Source of the DNA: an uncultured Candidatus Bathyarchaeia archaeon
GTDB lineage: Archaea; Thermoproteota; Bathyarchaeia; Bathyarchaeales; Bathyarchaeaceae
Assembly: GCA_964399485.1 (NCBI GenBank)
Contig: CAYNQS010000010.1
Location: 392 to 64,391 of the forward strand
DNA: 64,000 nucleotides
Reading direction: 5' to 3'
The translations under genes were made by a program, and so were the position numbers. Within the stretch, counting starts at the first letter, position 1, and every line of letters starts with the position of its first letter. The notes below the pieces were generated by a model. The model was not told where the DNA came from and did not search any database. It worked only from the letters and a program-made list of their open reading frames with translations. This document shows, in pieces, positions 9,288 through 18,331 of this stretch.

Positions 9288-11201
9288 ATGAAAATTGCTA
9301 ATATTCACATAGAAAATTTCCGATGTCTTTACAATATTGATATCCCATTTGAAAACTTAACAGCTCTTGTTGGTAGAAATGGAACTGGAAAGTCATCAGT
9401 TTTAAAAGCTATTGATGCATTTTTTGACATAAATTACTTAGCATCGGAAGAAGATTACTGCGATAGATCTACTGATAATCCCATTGAAATTACTATAACG
9501 TTTAAAGACTTCACTCCAAAAGAGGCTGAATTATTTGGATCCTACATTGATAATGAACAATTAAAGGTAAGAAAGAAAATTGATTGGATTGAAGGGCGTG
9601 CAATTTCAAGATATTTTGCAACATATAGGCAAATACCTGACTTCAAAAGAATTCGTGAGATTGAAAGTAAAAGAGACATTCAGACTGCCATAAGGGAATT
9701 AATTGATTCTCAAAAGTTCGAAGGATTGGATGGTACTTTTAGAAGCGCAGAACAAGGTTTAGAGATTTTAAGTCGATATGAAGAAGAGCACCCCGATTTA
9801 ACAGAGTTAGTTGAAAGCAGATTCCAATTTATGGGTGCTAGAAATGTTGGAGGAGGAAGTCTTGACAATTTCACTCGATTTGTTTTTTTGCCTGCTGTAA
9901 AAGAAGCTACAGAAGAGTTTGAAGGAAAAGCTAGCCCAATTAGCCAGTTTATAGATGCTATTGTTACAACTAAAATAGAAAAAAGGGACGACTTGATTAA
10001 GTTTGGAGAACACATCAATAAAGAAATTCGAGAAAAATATTCACCTGAAAATTTAGGTGGGTTAGACGGGATATCAAATGAAATATCAGATCTCTTGAAG
10101 ATTTATGCACCAAATTCCGCTTTGAGAATTGATTGGGGAGAACCCCAACCTATACAAGTGGGTCCACCTGAAATTTTTTATTCATTAATTGAAGATGAAT
10201 TCGAGGGAGACATATCAAAGAAAGGGCATGGTTTACAGCGTGCGTTAATTCTTACGCTACTCGAATATCTCGCTCGAATCCCCCCCAAAGTTGAAGAAGG
10301 CGAAAAAGCTAGGGTAGATTTGATTCTTGCTTTGGAGGAGCCTGAGATATATTTGCATCCTTCACGTTGCAGATATTTGGCAAATATCCTTTTAGAATTA
10401 TCAAAGAATGAGGGAAAAGAAAGTCATCAAACTAGAGTCCAAATACTCTATTCGACTCATTCACCGCATTTCGTTGGATTGGATAGATTCGATAGTATTA
10501 GAATACTGAGAAAGGTTCAAAATGAAAACACAGAATCGATGGTGACAACCGAATCACATTATACACTTGACGAAGCTGCAGATCTTTATTCGGATATCTG
10601 TGAGCAAAAAAGAGATAAAATTACCCGGGAGAGTTTTAGAGTCCAATCTGTTCCAGTTATGAAACCACTTACTAATGAGGGCTTCTTTGCAGATCTAATT
10701 GTATTAGTTGAAGGCCCGTCAGATATTGGAGTTTTATGGAAACTTCAGGAAATAATGAAGAAAGATTGGAACAAGAAAGCCATTGCCTTAATTCCAGCAG
10801 GTGGAAAATCTCAATTATTAAAGGCAGCAATAGTATTTCAGGGTCTTGGAATACCAGTGTATACAATATTTGACCTAGATATTGATGACCCAACTACATG
10901 TAGAGTACTTAGATTTCTTGATCAACCTCCAGAATTTCCGACAAAATTTATTCACGAAACATGGGCTTGTCACGAATTTAACTTAGAAGAGACTTTGAAA
11001 AAGTGTTTGGGTGAAGAGAATTATGATAAATTATGGGTTGAAGTAGGAAAAGATCTTGAATGCAATCCAAAAAGGATTAGGAAAAACGAGGAAGCAATGG
11101 GTAAATTTACTGAGATAGCTTATGAAGTTGGGATGAGACTTGACTATTTCGAAAACATGGTTGAAGCTATCTCGAATTATTATGATACGGAGATTGGTTG
11201 A
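9288..11201 (+). CDS. OLD-family ATP-dependent nuclease (ABC ATPase + TOPRIM)
   Basis: IENFR, GRNGTGKS, GHGLQR signature, LEEPEIYLHP, STHSP; TOPRIM LVEGPSD and DLD. Confidence 0.9.
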   Translation: MKIANIHIENFRCLYNIDIPFENLTALVGRNGTGKSSVLKAIDAFFDINYLASEEDYCDRSTDNPIEITITFKDFTPKEAELFGSYIDNEQLKVRKKIDWIEGRAISRYFATYRQIPDFKRIREIESKRDIQTAIRELIDSQKFEGLDGTFRSAEQGLEILSRYEEEHPDLTELVESRFQFMGARNVGGGSLDNFTRFVFLPAVKEATEEFEGKASPISQFIDAIVTTKIEKRDDLIKFGEHINKEIREKYSPENLGGLDGISNEISDLLKIYAPNSALRIDWGEPQPIQVGPPEIFYSLIEDEFEGDISKKGHGLQRALILTLLEYLARIPPKVEEGEKARVDLILALEEPEIYLHPSRCRYLANILLELSKNEGKESHQTRVQILYSTHSPHFVGLDRFDSIRILRKVQNENTESMVTTESHYTLDEAADLYSDICEQKRDKITRESFRVQSVPVMKPLTNEGFFADLIVLVEGPSDIGVLWKLQEIMKKDWNKKAIALIPAGGKSQLLKAAIVFQGLGIPVYTIFDLDIDDPTTCRVLRFLDQPPEFPTKFIHETWACHEFNLEETLKKCLGEENYDKLWVEVGKDLECNPKRIRKNEEAMGKFTEIAYEVGMRLDYFENMVEAISNYYDTEIG

Positions 11202-11528
11202 TTACTTCCAATTTTTTTGGTCAAGCTGTCTACTTTTGTATATTGGTAATAACTCTTTCCACCGCCCTCGAGGATTTGGTTGAAATGAATTTCCAACGAA
11301 TTCCCAACCCAAAATACTGTCAACCTTAAAAACCCGATTTTGTCTTCTCAACCTGCAAAATCCCCAGCAACCAGTGTTTTTCCCATCTCTTGAAGTTCCA
11401 AAAAAGTCAGGTTCTACTTCTCTAACAGTTGCTTGTCCTTTAGTCCTAGCACTGTAGTAGGATATTTTCAATGTGACATGTTCAACGGCAGCTTTTATCC
11501 AAGCATCAATTAGATTCAGCTGTGACAT
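11202..11528 (-). CDS. Stand-alone WYL-domain protein
   Basis: LKISYYS...TVREVEP...WGFCRLRRQNRVFKVDSI matches the WYL pattern I.Y...R.veP...a.c..R...R.F+.dri. Confidence 0.75.
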   Translation of the reverse strand: MSQLNLIDAWIKAAVEHVTLKISYYSARTKGQATVREVEPDFFGTSRDGKNTGCWGFCRLRRQNRVFKVDSILGWEFVGNSFQPNPRGRWKELLPIYKSRQLDQKNWK

Positions 11529-11645
11529 AATTTAATGTTCGTTTACAAATTTAAAAATAATTCGTATCTCTACAATCTCATTACAGATTGATATTTTTCA
11601 ATAATGTTTAATAGTGATCTGTAGTTTAATCTCGGGGGGAATACT

Positions 11646-11984
11646 TTGGTCTCTCGAACAACTAGGAAAAAAGGGAAGACGGCTGAGAAAGGTGGACGAA
11701 TTTCGGAGGGAAAAGCAGTTAGTGGCATTTGTGGATGGAAAGAACTGGAAAGGAGAAAGCGAATTGGTGGTCGTGAGATCGACAGTCTTCTTCAAAGAGG
11801 AAATAGAATCATGCATTTTGAGAACACAAAGACATGCGTGACCAAGCCAAAAATGGAAGAATACTGGGAAAAGTATAAACAGACTCGAATCGCTTCAGGG
11901 GCTAATCTACTCGGCGTAAAAAGCCCATGTATTACTGATCCAGCCAAGAAATTTGCAAAAAAGAAAGGAATTCGTATCTACTAA
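11646..11984 (+). CDS. Small PD-(D/E)xK restriction endonuclease-like protein (Mrr-cat-like)
   Basis: GGREID...HFENTK and C-terminal ITDPAKKFAKKKGIRIY, similar to the Mrr catalytic-domain tail. Confidence 0.55.
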   Translation: MVSRTTRKKGKTAEKGGRISEGKAVSGICGWKELERRKRIGGREIDSLLQRGNRIMHFENTKTCVTKPKMEEYWEKYKQTRIASGANLLGVKSPCITDPAKKFAKKKGIRIY

Positions 11985-12023
11985 TTACGTCGATCCGTCT
12001 TAACAAAAATGTGCAAAATGTAA

Positions 12024-12047
12024 AACGGGACTGTGAACGGGAGTGTG
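12024..12047 (+). repeat. Tandem 12-bp direct repeat
   Basis: aacgggactgtg / aacgggagtgtg, one mismatch. Confidence 0.6.
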
Positions 12048-12243
12048 AAGCTATCCAGGCCCACTTTTAAGCCTAAATTGCGCCTCTTTTATACAAATAA
12101 GCTTATTTTAAGCAGATTTTATTGTGGGTTGCTGAAAAAATCAGGAAATTCAAATTAGAACCCGTTTCGAATTACTTTGCCAAAAAATTAAGTTGACGTG
12201 CAACCGGGAATAGGTTTTAAATCTCTTGGGTTTAGTAGATTAA

Positions 12244-12648
12244 TTGATGAAGCAAGTAAAATTAAAAGTCCTTGATTCTTCGTTGAAAGAGGTACTCGGT
12301 GGAGAGTTTACTATTCGTTTACAAGATGAAGCAGACATTTTGGATTTAATCAACAAGATTGATGCTACCAGAGAGGGGCAGTTTTTCGTGAAGGATTATC
12401 CAGAATATCATAGTTTGCTCCATATGATGTGGAATCCTATTGAGAAAAGGTTCTACAAACAAATTGCCCTCTCAGCCTATACAACAGATAACAAGTTCTT
12501 TGAGGTGAGAAAAAATCCGCACCTAGAACTCCCAGATGGATTAACAATCTACTTGGGCCTAGGATTATGCAAGTCTGAAAGCGAAGAGGTAGTTGACTTC
12601 GAAACTTTCAAGAAATTAAGGGAGAATTCTTTGAATAAGGTGTATTAG
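12244..12648 (+). CDS. Hypothetical protein, possibly MoaD/ThiS-like beta-grasp fold
   Basis: N-terminus VKLKVLDSSLKEVLGGEFTIRLQDEADILDLI resembles MoaD; no C-terminal GG. Confidence 0.55.
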   Translation: MMKQVKLKVLDSSLKEVLGGEFTIRLQDEADILDLINKIDATREGQFFVKDYPEYHSLLHMMWNPIEKRFYKQIALSAYTTDNKFFEVRKNPHLELPDGLTIYLGLGLCKSESEEVVDFETFKKLRENSLNKVY

Positions 12649-12661
12649 TCTGAAAGGACAA

Positions 12662-13399
12662 TTATTCGATGGTTCTCCTAAGCAATTTGATGGTAGCAAA
12701 TAAGAAAACAAGAGAGTAAAAGAATTGAACAGCTAAATCAATGAGGAAAATTTGGAGGTTTAGGGGACCGCCCATCGCTTGACGTAATGCATCTACCGAA
12801 TAGGTAAGTGGTAATGCATATGCCACAGCTTGGAGAGAGGCGGGCATGGTTTCTATTGGTATGAATACACCGCAAATAAAAACCATTGCGATACGTACAA
12901 CCGTTGCTGGTGGCATGGCGTCAGGGATGTCCCGGAAAGGCGCTGAGAGGAGCAGCCCAAAGACGGAGAACATTAATGAAGAGAATAATATTCCAAAGAA
13001 AAAGGGGAGCAGATTAGGCAACGGAGAAAAGGGCAACATAATTATTGTGTACACTAGAGAGAGAAACATGCCGAAAAATAAGCCTGCAAGAGTTTTGCCA
13101 AGGATTATCGTAGATAATGATGTGGGTGCTGTGAGAAGCATTTTGAACGTTCCTGTTCTTCTCTCCAATGGAAGGGATACTGCTTGAATTGCCCCTGCCC
13201 CAAAGAACGCTGCCATAGCCACCAATCCCGGTAATGCAAAGGTTGGTTCCACAGTTCTGCCTATAGAAAAAGCCAAATAAAGAACCACAGGAAGAAGAAG
13301 CCCAAAAGTGAGGTTTGGTCCTTTAAAAAAATATATCTTAACATCCTTCTCTGCTATGTAGAGAACTCTTTTCATTTCTTCAATCCATGCCTTAGCCAT
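12662..13399 (-). CDS. ABC-2 type transporter permease
   Basis: About six TM segments, ERRTGT..LL.AP, PLTYSVDALR. Confidence 0.9.
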   Translation of the reverse strand: MAKAWIEEMKRVLYIAEKDVKIYFFKGPNLTFGLLLPVVLYLAFSIGRTVEPTFALPGLVAMAAFFGAGAIQAVSLPLERRTGTFKMLLTAPTSLSTIILGKTLAGLFFGMFLSLVYTIIMLPFSPLPNLLPFFFGILFSSLMFSVFGLLLSAPFRDIPDAMPPATVVRIAMVFICGVFIPIETMPASLQAVAYALPLTYSVDALRQAMGGPLNLQIFLIDLAVQFFYSLVFLFATIKLLRRTIE

Positions 13400-13409
13400 C
13401 TGTCAGACC

Positions 13410-14384
13410 TCAACTTGGTTTTTTGTGCTCCTTTTCGAGGGTCATAAGTTCGGGACGTAAACCAGTAAGTTTGACGAAAGCATCTTCCAAAGTCGGCTTT
13501 ACTGTGTTGACTGATGTAACCTTCAAATGATTTTCCGCAGCAAAATGGATTATTGAAGGTAAGGTTTCCGCAGGGTCTTCCACATACAGCCTATACTTGT
13601 CCCCTGCAATAACCACATTCCTAACGTGGCTCAGTTCCTTGAGCTCCTCAACGATATCACCTGCATGGTCAAATGAAACTTCAATAACGTTCTCTGTTTT
13701 AACTATGTTCTTAAGCTCTTCCGGCGTATCTACGGTGATTATCTTTCCTTTGTTGATAATTGCGATTCGTTGGCACAACTGATCTGCCTCCTCAATATAG
13801 TGAGTAGTTAGAAAAACTGTTGTTCCTTTTCTATTCAACTTTTTTATTAGGTCTCGAATCTGTCTTGCGCTCTGCACATCAAGTCCTGTAGTGGGTTCAT
13901 CCAAGAAGAGTATCTCTGGTTCATGTATTAGGGCTGTGGCGATCATTAGACGCTTCTTCATCCCTCCAGAAAAAGTGCCAACACGATCGTTACGCCTGTT
14001 ATACAAGCCGAAAAGCTGTAGAAGCTCCTGCGCCAAAGATGTTCTTTTTTCTTTGGTTACGCTGTGGAGTTTGGCGCTGAAATTGATGTTGTCCCATGCC
14101 GTCATTTCATCATAAAGAAACGAGGTTTCTGGTACTACTCCAACAACTTCTTTCGCATTGATGGGGTCATGTGTAACATTAAAGCCCAAAATAAATGCTG
14201 TACCGGATGTAGGTTTAGTTACGCCAGTAAGCATATTTATCGTTGTAGTTTTGCCCGCTCCATTGGGACCAAGAAAACCAAAGACTTCGCCCCTCTTTAC
14301 AGTTAAGTTAATGTGGTCAACTGCCAACAATTTACCGTAACACTTTGTCAAGTTTGAGACCTCTAAGGCACTTTCTGAAGGCAT
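13410..14384 (-). CDS. ABC exporter ATP-binding protein (DrrA-like)
   Basis: GPNGAGKTT, FSGGMKKR, LDEPTTGLD, TTHYIEEA. Confidence 0.95.
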   Translation of the reverse strand: MPSESALEVSNLTKCYGKLLAVDHINLTVKRGEVFGFLGPNGAGKTTTINMLTGVTKPTSGTAFILGFNVTHDPINAKEVVGVVPETSFLYDEMTAWDNINFSAKLHSVTKEKRTSLAQELLQLFGLYNRRNDRVGTFSGGMKKRLMIATALIHEPEILFLDEPTTGLDVQSARQIRDLIKKLNRKGTTVFLTTHYIEEADQLCQRIAIINKGKIITVDTPEELKNIVKTENVIEVSFDHAGDIVEELKELSHVRNVVIAGDKYRLYVEDPAETLPSIIHFAAENHLKVTSVNTVKPTLEDAFVKLTGLRPELMTLEKEHKKPS

Positions 14385-14833
14385 AATTGGAACCTCATGT
14401 CGCTTTAACTGGAAGTTCTTTCTTTTGATCGTCTTTCAAATTCAGCATGTACCCATCTCCCTAATTAATAGATGAGTTTTCTAAATTCTTAAGCATTCGT
14501 CATGCCGCTCAGATTGTTCTGAACGCTAATTTTGTCCATAACATGAATCTGAGTTTCAGTTGTGCCAAGTTAGCTGTTTTCTGCCTGAATTTTTCGGTTT
14601 TACCAAGATAGGTTCCAAGCCAGAAATTTTTCTGGTGTTTGCTTTTATTTCGCGCGCGCCCCCTAATATTGAAATTAACAATAACATGTTAAAGATGAAA
14701 CGAGGGCTTGAATGAGGAATTGAAGCTAGCCCCCGGCACCGTCCTGTTCTCAAACAGGGGAAATTAGCAAGAAGCTGTTAATTGTGTTTTGCGAGTTTGA
14801 ACGCGAGTCTGAAACTAGCCCGAGGCTCCATCA

Positions 14834-15397
14834 TTATGTGTGAATTATGCTGTTTTTGTTTTGTCTGTATATTGTTATGGTTACGGTGGAATCCGAAATC
14901 TGGGTTGTAACTTTTTTGCCTAATACGGAGTTGAACGTTTCAGATGCTGCAGCTTCAACATAGATGCTCCACTTGATTCCCAGATCATGGCGAAAATGAA
15001 GAATCTCTTTGTCTCGTTTGACGTGATGGTCACACTCGAACCATCCTGCAAACTCGGAAAGAATCTTCTTAACCAAAAGAATCACAAAGTTGTAGTCAGG
15101 AGCGGCTCCCATTGTCAGCAGCATGTCCCGGGTAATCGTTGAACCAGCCTTTCTCCCTTTTTCTCTCACTTCATCCTCTGGGCAGCATTCCAGCAGGGAA
15201 GCGAAACCTTTACGGGTCAAGGTTATTGCGCCGTAACGTAGCATGAACCTGATGTAAGCATATTGCTGAAGTAGCCGGTTCATAAGGGAATTGACGCTGA
15301 TTCCCTGTTTCTCAGCTTCCTCATTCAAGACTTTAATCCATTCTTCATCTATTCTAAATGAACGACCAATTGTTTTTCTTTTTCTGTTTAGCAACAA
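14834..15397 (-). CDS. Putative regulator with N-terminal ribbon-helix-helix
   Basis: RSFRIDEEWIKVLNEEAEKQGISVNSLMNRLL is RHH-like, followed by an alpha/beta domain. Confidence 0.7.
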   Translation of the reverse strand: MLLNRKRKTIGRSFRIDEEWIKVLNEEAEKQGISVNSLMNRLLQQYAYIRFMLRYGAITLTRKGFASLLECCPEDEVREKGRKAGSTITRDMLLTMGAAPDYNFVILLVKKILSEFAGWFECDHHVKRDKEILHFRHDLGIKWSIYVEAAASETFNSVLGKKVTTQISDSTVTITIYRQNKNSIIHT

Positions 15398-15514
15398 CAG
15401 GTTGTCTCCTCAAACGAGGGGGTTACGATGTATTATTATATAATACCTTCTGATACAATAGGGATATATTGTGTACGCCAATGTTTTATTGTTCAAAAAC
15501 ATTCATCTCCACTA

Positions 15515-15916
15515 ATGATGAAAAGTTCGAACAAAAAAGAACCGATTGAAGTTCTATTTGTGGATGACGATAGAGCGTTCCTGAAAAGCGCAAAAAAGTG
15601 CCTGAAACTGCAGGGCAACTTTAACATCGAAGCAGCTTTTTCGGTTGACGAAGCTCTGGAAAAGATGAAAAATGAGAAACCTGACGCAATCGTATGTGAC
15701 ATACGGATGCCCTCTACAGACGGCTTCGAGTTTCTGAAAGCGCTTCGAGACAGTAAATATAATGTTCCATTCATTGTGTTTACTGTAGCGGAAGATAAGG
15801 AAACAGCCCTCAGAGCCTTTAACTTGGGCGCCAACGGATTCGTTGGAAAATCCGGTGACCCTGAAGTTGTTTTTTCTACACTACAACGATGCATAGAAAA
15901 AGCCATAAGCACTTAA
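15515..15916 (+). CDS. Single-domain response regulator receiver
   Basis: VLFVDDD, IVCDIRMP..DG, FT, GANGFVGK; start taken at ATG 15515 within ORF 15428-15916. Confidence 0.9.
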   Translation: MMKSSNKKEPIEVLFVDDDRAFLKSAKKCLKLQGNFNIEAAFSVDEALEKMKNEKPDAIVCDIRMPSTDGFEFLKALRDSKYNVPFIVFTVAEDKETALRAFNLGANGFVGKSGDPEVVFSTLQRCIEKAIST

Positions 15917-16099
15917 AACCGGAACCTGCAAGTTGACAGGTTGGGTGAGGCTCCATTCTGCTTTTATTTTTTTTGTTCCCAGCGAAACTGTGACTAAAGC
16001 TGAGGATAACAGAACAGGTTTGTTAGTAAATGCTATAGGCTTAGAAGCTCTAAATCATAAATTAAGAAAAGGATGAACTAACGCTCGGCTGGGTAGGGT

Positions 16100-16555
16100 A
16101 TGGATAAACAAGACTGGCATCTGCTGTTATTCCTGTTATTGTCGCATCATCCACCCGAAAAACTGCACAGAACCATCCGCCTACCCTTCCGGGGGAAAAA
16201 CATCTACTTATGCGCCAGATGCACAGGACAATTGTCAGGCATACTAAGCCTCATCATCGCCTGGTTTCTCGGCTTCGAGTTCCCTGCATGGTTATATCTT
16301 CCCTTAATCTCCATTCTACCACTGCCTTCCGCAGTTGATTGGGTCACGCAGAGCTGTAAACTGAGAGAAAGTAGAAACACAATACGAGTATCCACAGGTT
16401 TTCTCCTCGGAATCACTAAAGGGCTGCTTCTTCTGATGCTGATTAAAGGATGGTTCTACATGCTTCTCCCCGCCTTTGTCATAGTGGGAGTTTATGTGTT
16501 ATCCATTTGTCTAATTGCCTGGAAAACCAAGTTTCTTGATTCATATTTTGATTAA
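16100..16555 (+). CDS. DUF2085-like membrane protein
   Basis: LCARCTG, DWVTQ...RESRNTIRVSTGFLLG. Confidence 0.8.
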   Translation: MDKQDWHLLLFLLLSHHPPEKLHRTIRLPFRGKNIYLCARCTGQLSGILSLIIAWFLGFEFPAWLYLPLISILPLPSAVDWVTQSCKLRESRNTIRVSTGFLLGITKGLLLLMLIKGWFYMLLPAFVIVGVYVLSICLIAWKTKFLDSYFD

Positions 16556-16722
16556 AAAAGTCCAACTCCGACAAACCTATAGAGCTTCGGTAGTGGAAAA
16601 ACAAAAGCATATTGAGAAACAATAATCACAAACAAACAGTTTCAGTAAATCATTATTACTTTTAAACAGAAAAAATTGAAAATTATCATGAAAAGGCTTA
16701 AATTATAACATAGTCACATATT

Positions 16723-16962
16723 GTGAAATTAGGTGGTTCAACAAAAATGGTTGAAGTTGAAGAAAGGAGACAATATAGCTTGGCGATACTGATTATTCTG
16801 TTGCTCTTCTGTTGGCCAGCAGCACTTATCTACTACTTTACCCGACCAAAGGTCAAAACGACACCCATGCGAACATGTCTCGGATGCGGAATGGCAATCC
16901 CTCAAAGCTACAATGTGTGTCCACATTGCGGCAAAAAAGTAGAAAAGGTGCCCACAGCCTAA
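16723..16962 (+). CDS. Small membrane protein with C-terminal zinc ribbon
   Basis: Hydrophobic hairpin then CLGCG...CPHCG. Confidence 0.75.
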   Translation: MKLGGSTKMVEVEERRQYSLAILIILLLFCWPAALIYYFTRPKVKTTPMRTCLGCGMAIPQSYNVCPHCGKKVEKVPTA

Positions 16963-17032
16963 TTTGCCTCTGGTTGATTAATATCAAAAACGTATCGCAA
17001 ATCAAGCGTTTGTTTGGCAGTGGCGTGCAACT

Positions 17033-18025
17033 ATGATATCGAGGAGACTGGTTATTGCAGTATCGCTGATAAGCCTCGCGTGGATTGCACTATCTGCCAC
17101 TCTTTTTTTCTATGCAACATCTCTAAGAGAACCCACAGAAGAAATCCTTTTTATTCGAATCAGTGGAGAGTTGACGGATACAACTAAAAACTATGTTCAA
17201 AACACATTGAACGTAGCAAAGTATCGAGGGTCGCGTCTGATCATAATCTCCTTAGACACGCCGGGGGGCTACGTAGATAGCACAGAAAGAATGATGAAGT
17301 TGCTTGATGAGTCAGAGATACCTGTGGCAATTTTTGTAGACCCTCGGGCGATTAGCGGCGGAACCTACCTGCTTATGGCTGGGCATGTTGCGGTGATGAA
17401 GTCTGGTTCTCAGATAGGGTCCTGTCAACCAGTCACGGGTACCGGTGAACCTATAACGGAAACAAAATATGTTAACTATTTAACTGGACTTATGCGAAGC
17501 CATGCATGGAGCCATTCCAGAAACGAAACAGCTGCAGAGCTTTTTGTCACCGAGAATCTCAACCTACACGCTGAAGAAGCACTCCGCTACAAAGTGATTG
17601 ATTTCATAGCTGAGAGCCCTCAAGATTTGGCATCAAAATTAAGCAGTTACGTGCTGGTCAAGTACCAAGAGGAAGAGGCACAGCGCTTCACTTTGGTGAA
17701 GAGAGAGGAAATCGGCAACTACGATGTGGATCAAAGCTGGGATTTCGAAAACATCGACAAAGCAACGATGCGCGAGTTTAGGAGCACAATAGAGATTATC
17801 TCCTTGCCTTCATACCTTTTCGAGTTTCCAATCGCGTTAAGCATGCCGATTGTCTTCCTGTTTCCCTCCATTTACGATGTTTTTGTTGTTCCCCTACTCA
17901 GCTTGACTGTGACTCCCTCACCTGAAGTCATCTTGGCTCTGTTTTCAGTTGTTAATGGAGCCGTGGGACTCGTATGCGTTATTCTGTTGTTCAGCAAAGA
18001 AACGGAACACTCCAAAGACAGCTAA
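17033..18025 (+). CDS. NfeD-like membrane-bound ClpP-class serine protease, no C-terminal OB domain
   Basis: LDTPGG, AISGG (Ser), MAGHVAVM...IGSCQPV, AEEAL...IDFIA. Confidence 0.8.
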   Translation: MISRRLVIAVSLISLAWIALSATLFFYATSLREPTEEILFIRISGELTDTTKNYVQNTLNVAKYRGSRLIIISLDTPGGYVDSTERMMKLLDESEIPVAIFVDPRAISGGTYLLMAGHVAVMKSGSQIGSCQPVTGTGEPITETKYVNYLTGLMRSHAWSHSRNETAAELFVTENLNLHAEEALRYKVIDFIAESPQDLASKLSSYVLVKYQEEEAQRFTLVKREEIGNYDVDQSWDFENIDKATMREFRSTIEIISLPSYLFEFPIALSMPIVFLFPSIYDVFVVPLLSLTVTPSPEVILALFSVVNGAVGLVCVILLFSKETEHSKDS

Positions 18026-18191
18026 TTAAGGTCATTAATGAAGAAGCGAACGAGTCGATTATTTTTTTTCTATCAGTTAAGTTTGGGTGAATCTTGTGAT
18101 GTGCCAATCTTTGTCTTACGGCGGTGCAGTGACTTAATGTTTATATGCTTTGAGGAAAGCTGAATTTTGGGGGAATGGGGGAAGAAGCATA

Positions 18192-18302
18192 ATGGATACG
18201 GAAAAGGCTGAGGAAAAAGCTATCCGGAAAAGGGTTAAGAGCAGACGTTACGGTGGAAAATATAAGGGAAGAGGAAAATATAAACCAAAAGACCCCGCGT
18301 AA
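18192..18302 (+). CDS. Possible 36-aa basic peptide
   Basis: Manual translation MDTEKAEEKAIRKRVKSRRYGGKYKGRGKYKPKDPA, upstream of trm5. Confidence 0.35.
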   Translation: MDTEKAEEKAIRKRVKSRRYGGKYKGRGKYKPKDPA

Positions 18303-18331
18303 CATCACCGTTTCTATGCTGCTGCTGGAGA

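Larger units (their letters stand above)
1..12064. mobile_element. Integrated element / genomic island, right part; left end lies outside the window and the right boundary is approximate
   Basis: Tyrosine integrase, Orc1/Cdc6-like ATPase, DUF2958-like ORF and defence-type genes in a stretch visibly more AT-rich than the ribosomal region; possible att remnant near 12052-12064. Confidence 0.75.

Noticed and set aside
5952-11201. Housekeeping herA-mre11-rad50-nurA operon
   Set aside because: No Mre11; the ABC ATPase has a TOPRIM domain and lacks Rad50 coiled coils and zinc hook
9288-11201. Gabija system
   Set aside because: No UvrD-like GajB gene adjacent
11614-11841. Programmed frameshift joining ORFs 11614 and 11646
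   Set aside because: The 11646 frame alone contains all nuclease-like motifs; the other frame has none
14640-14830. Structured RNA around the cgcgcgcg tract and ctagccc repeats
   Set aside because: Could not build a consistent fold; the repeats are too short
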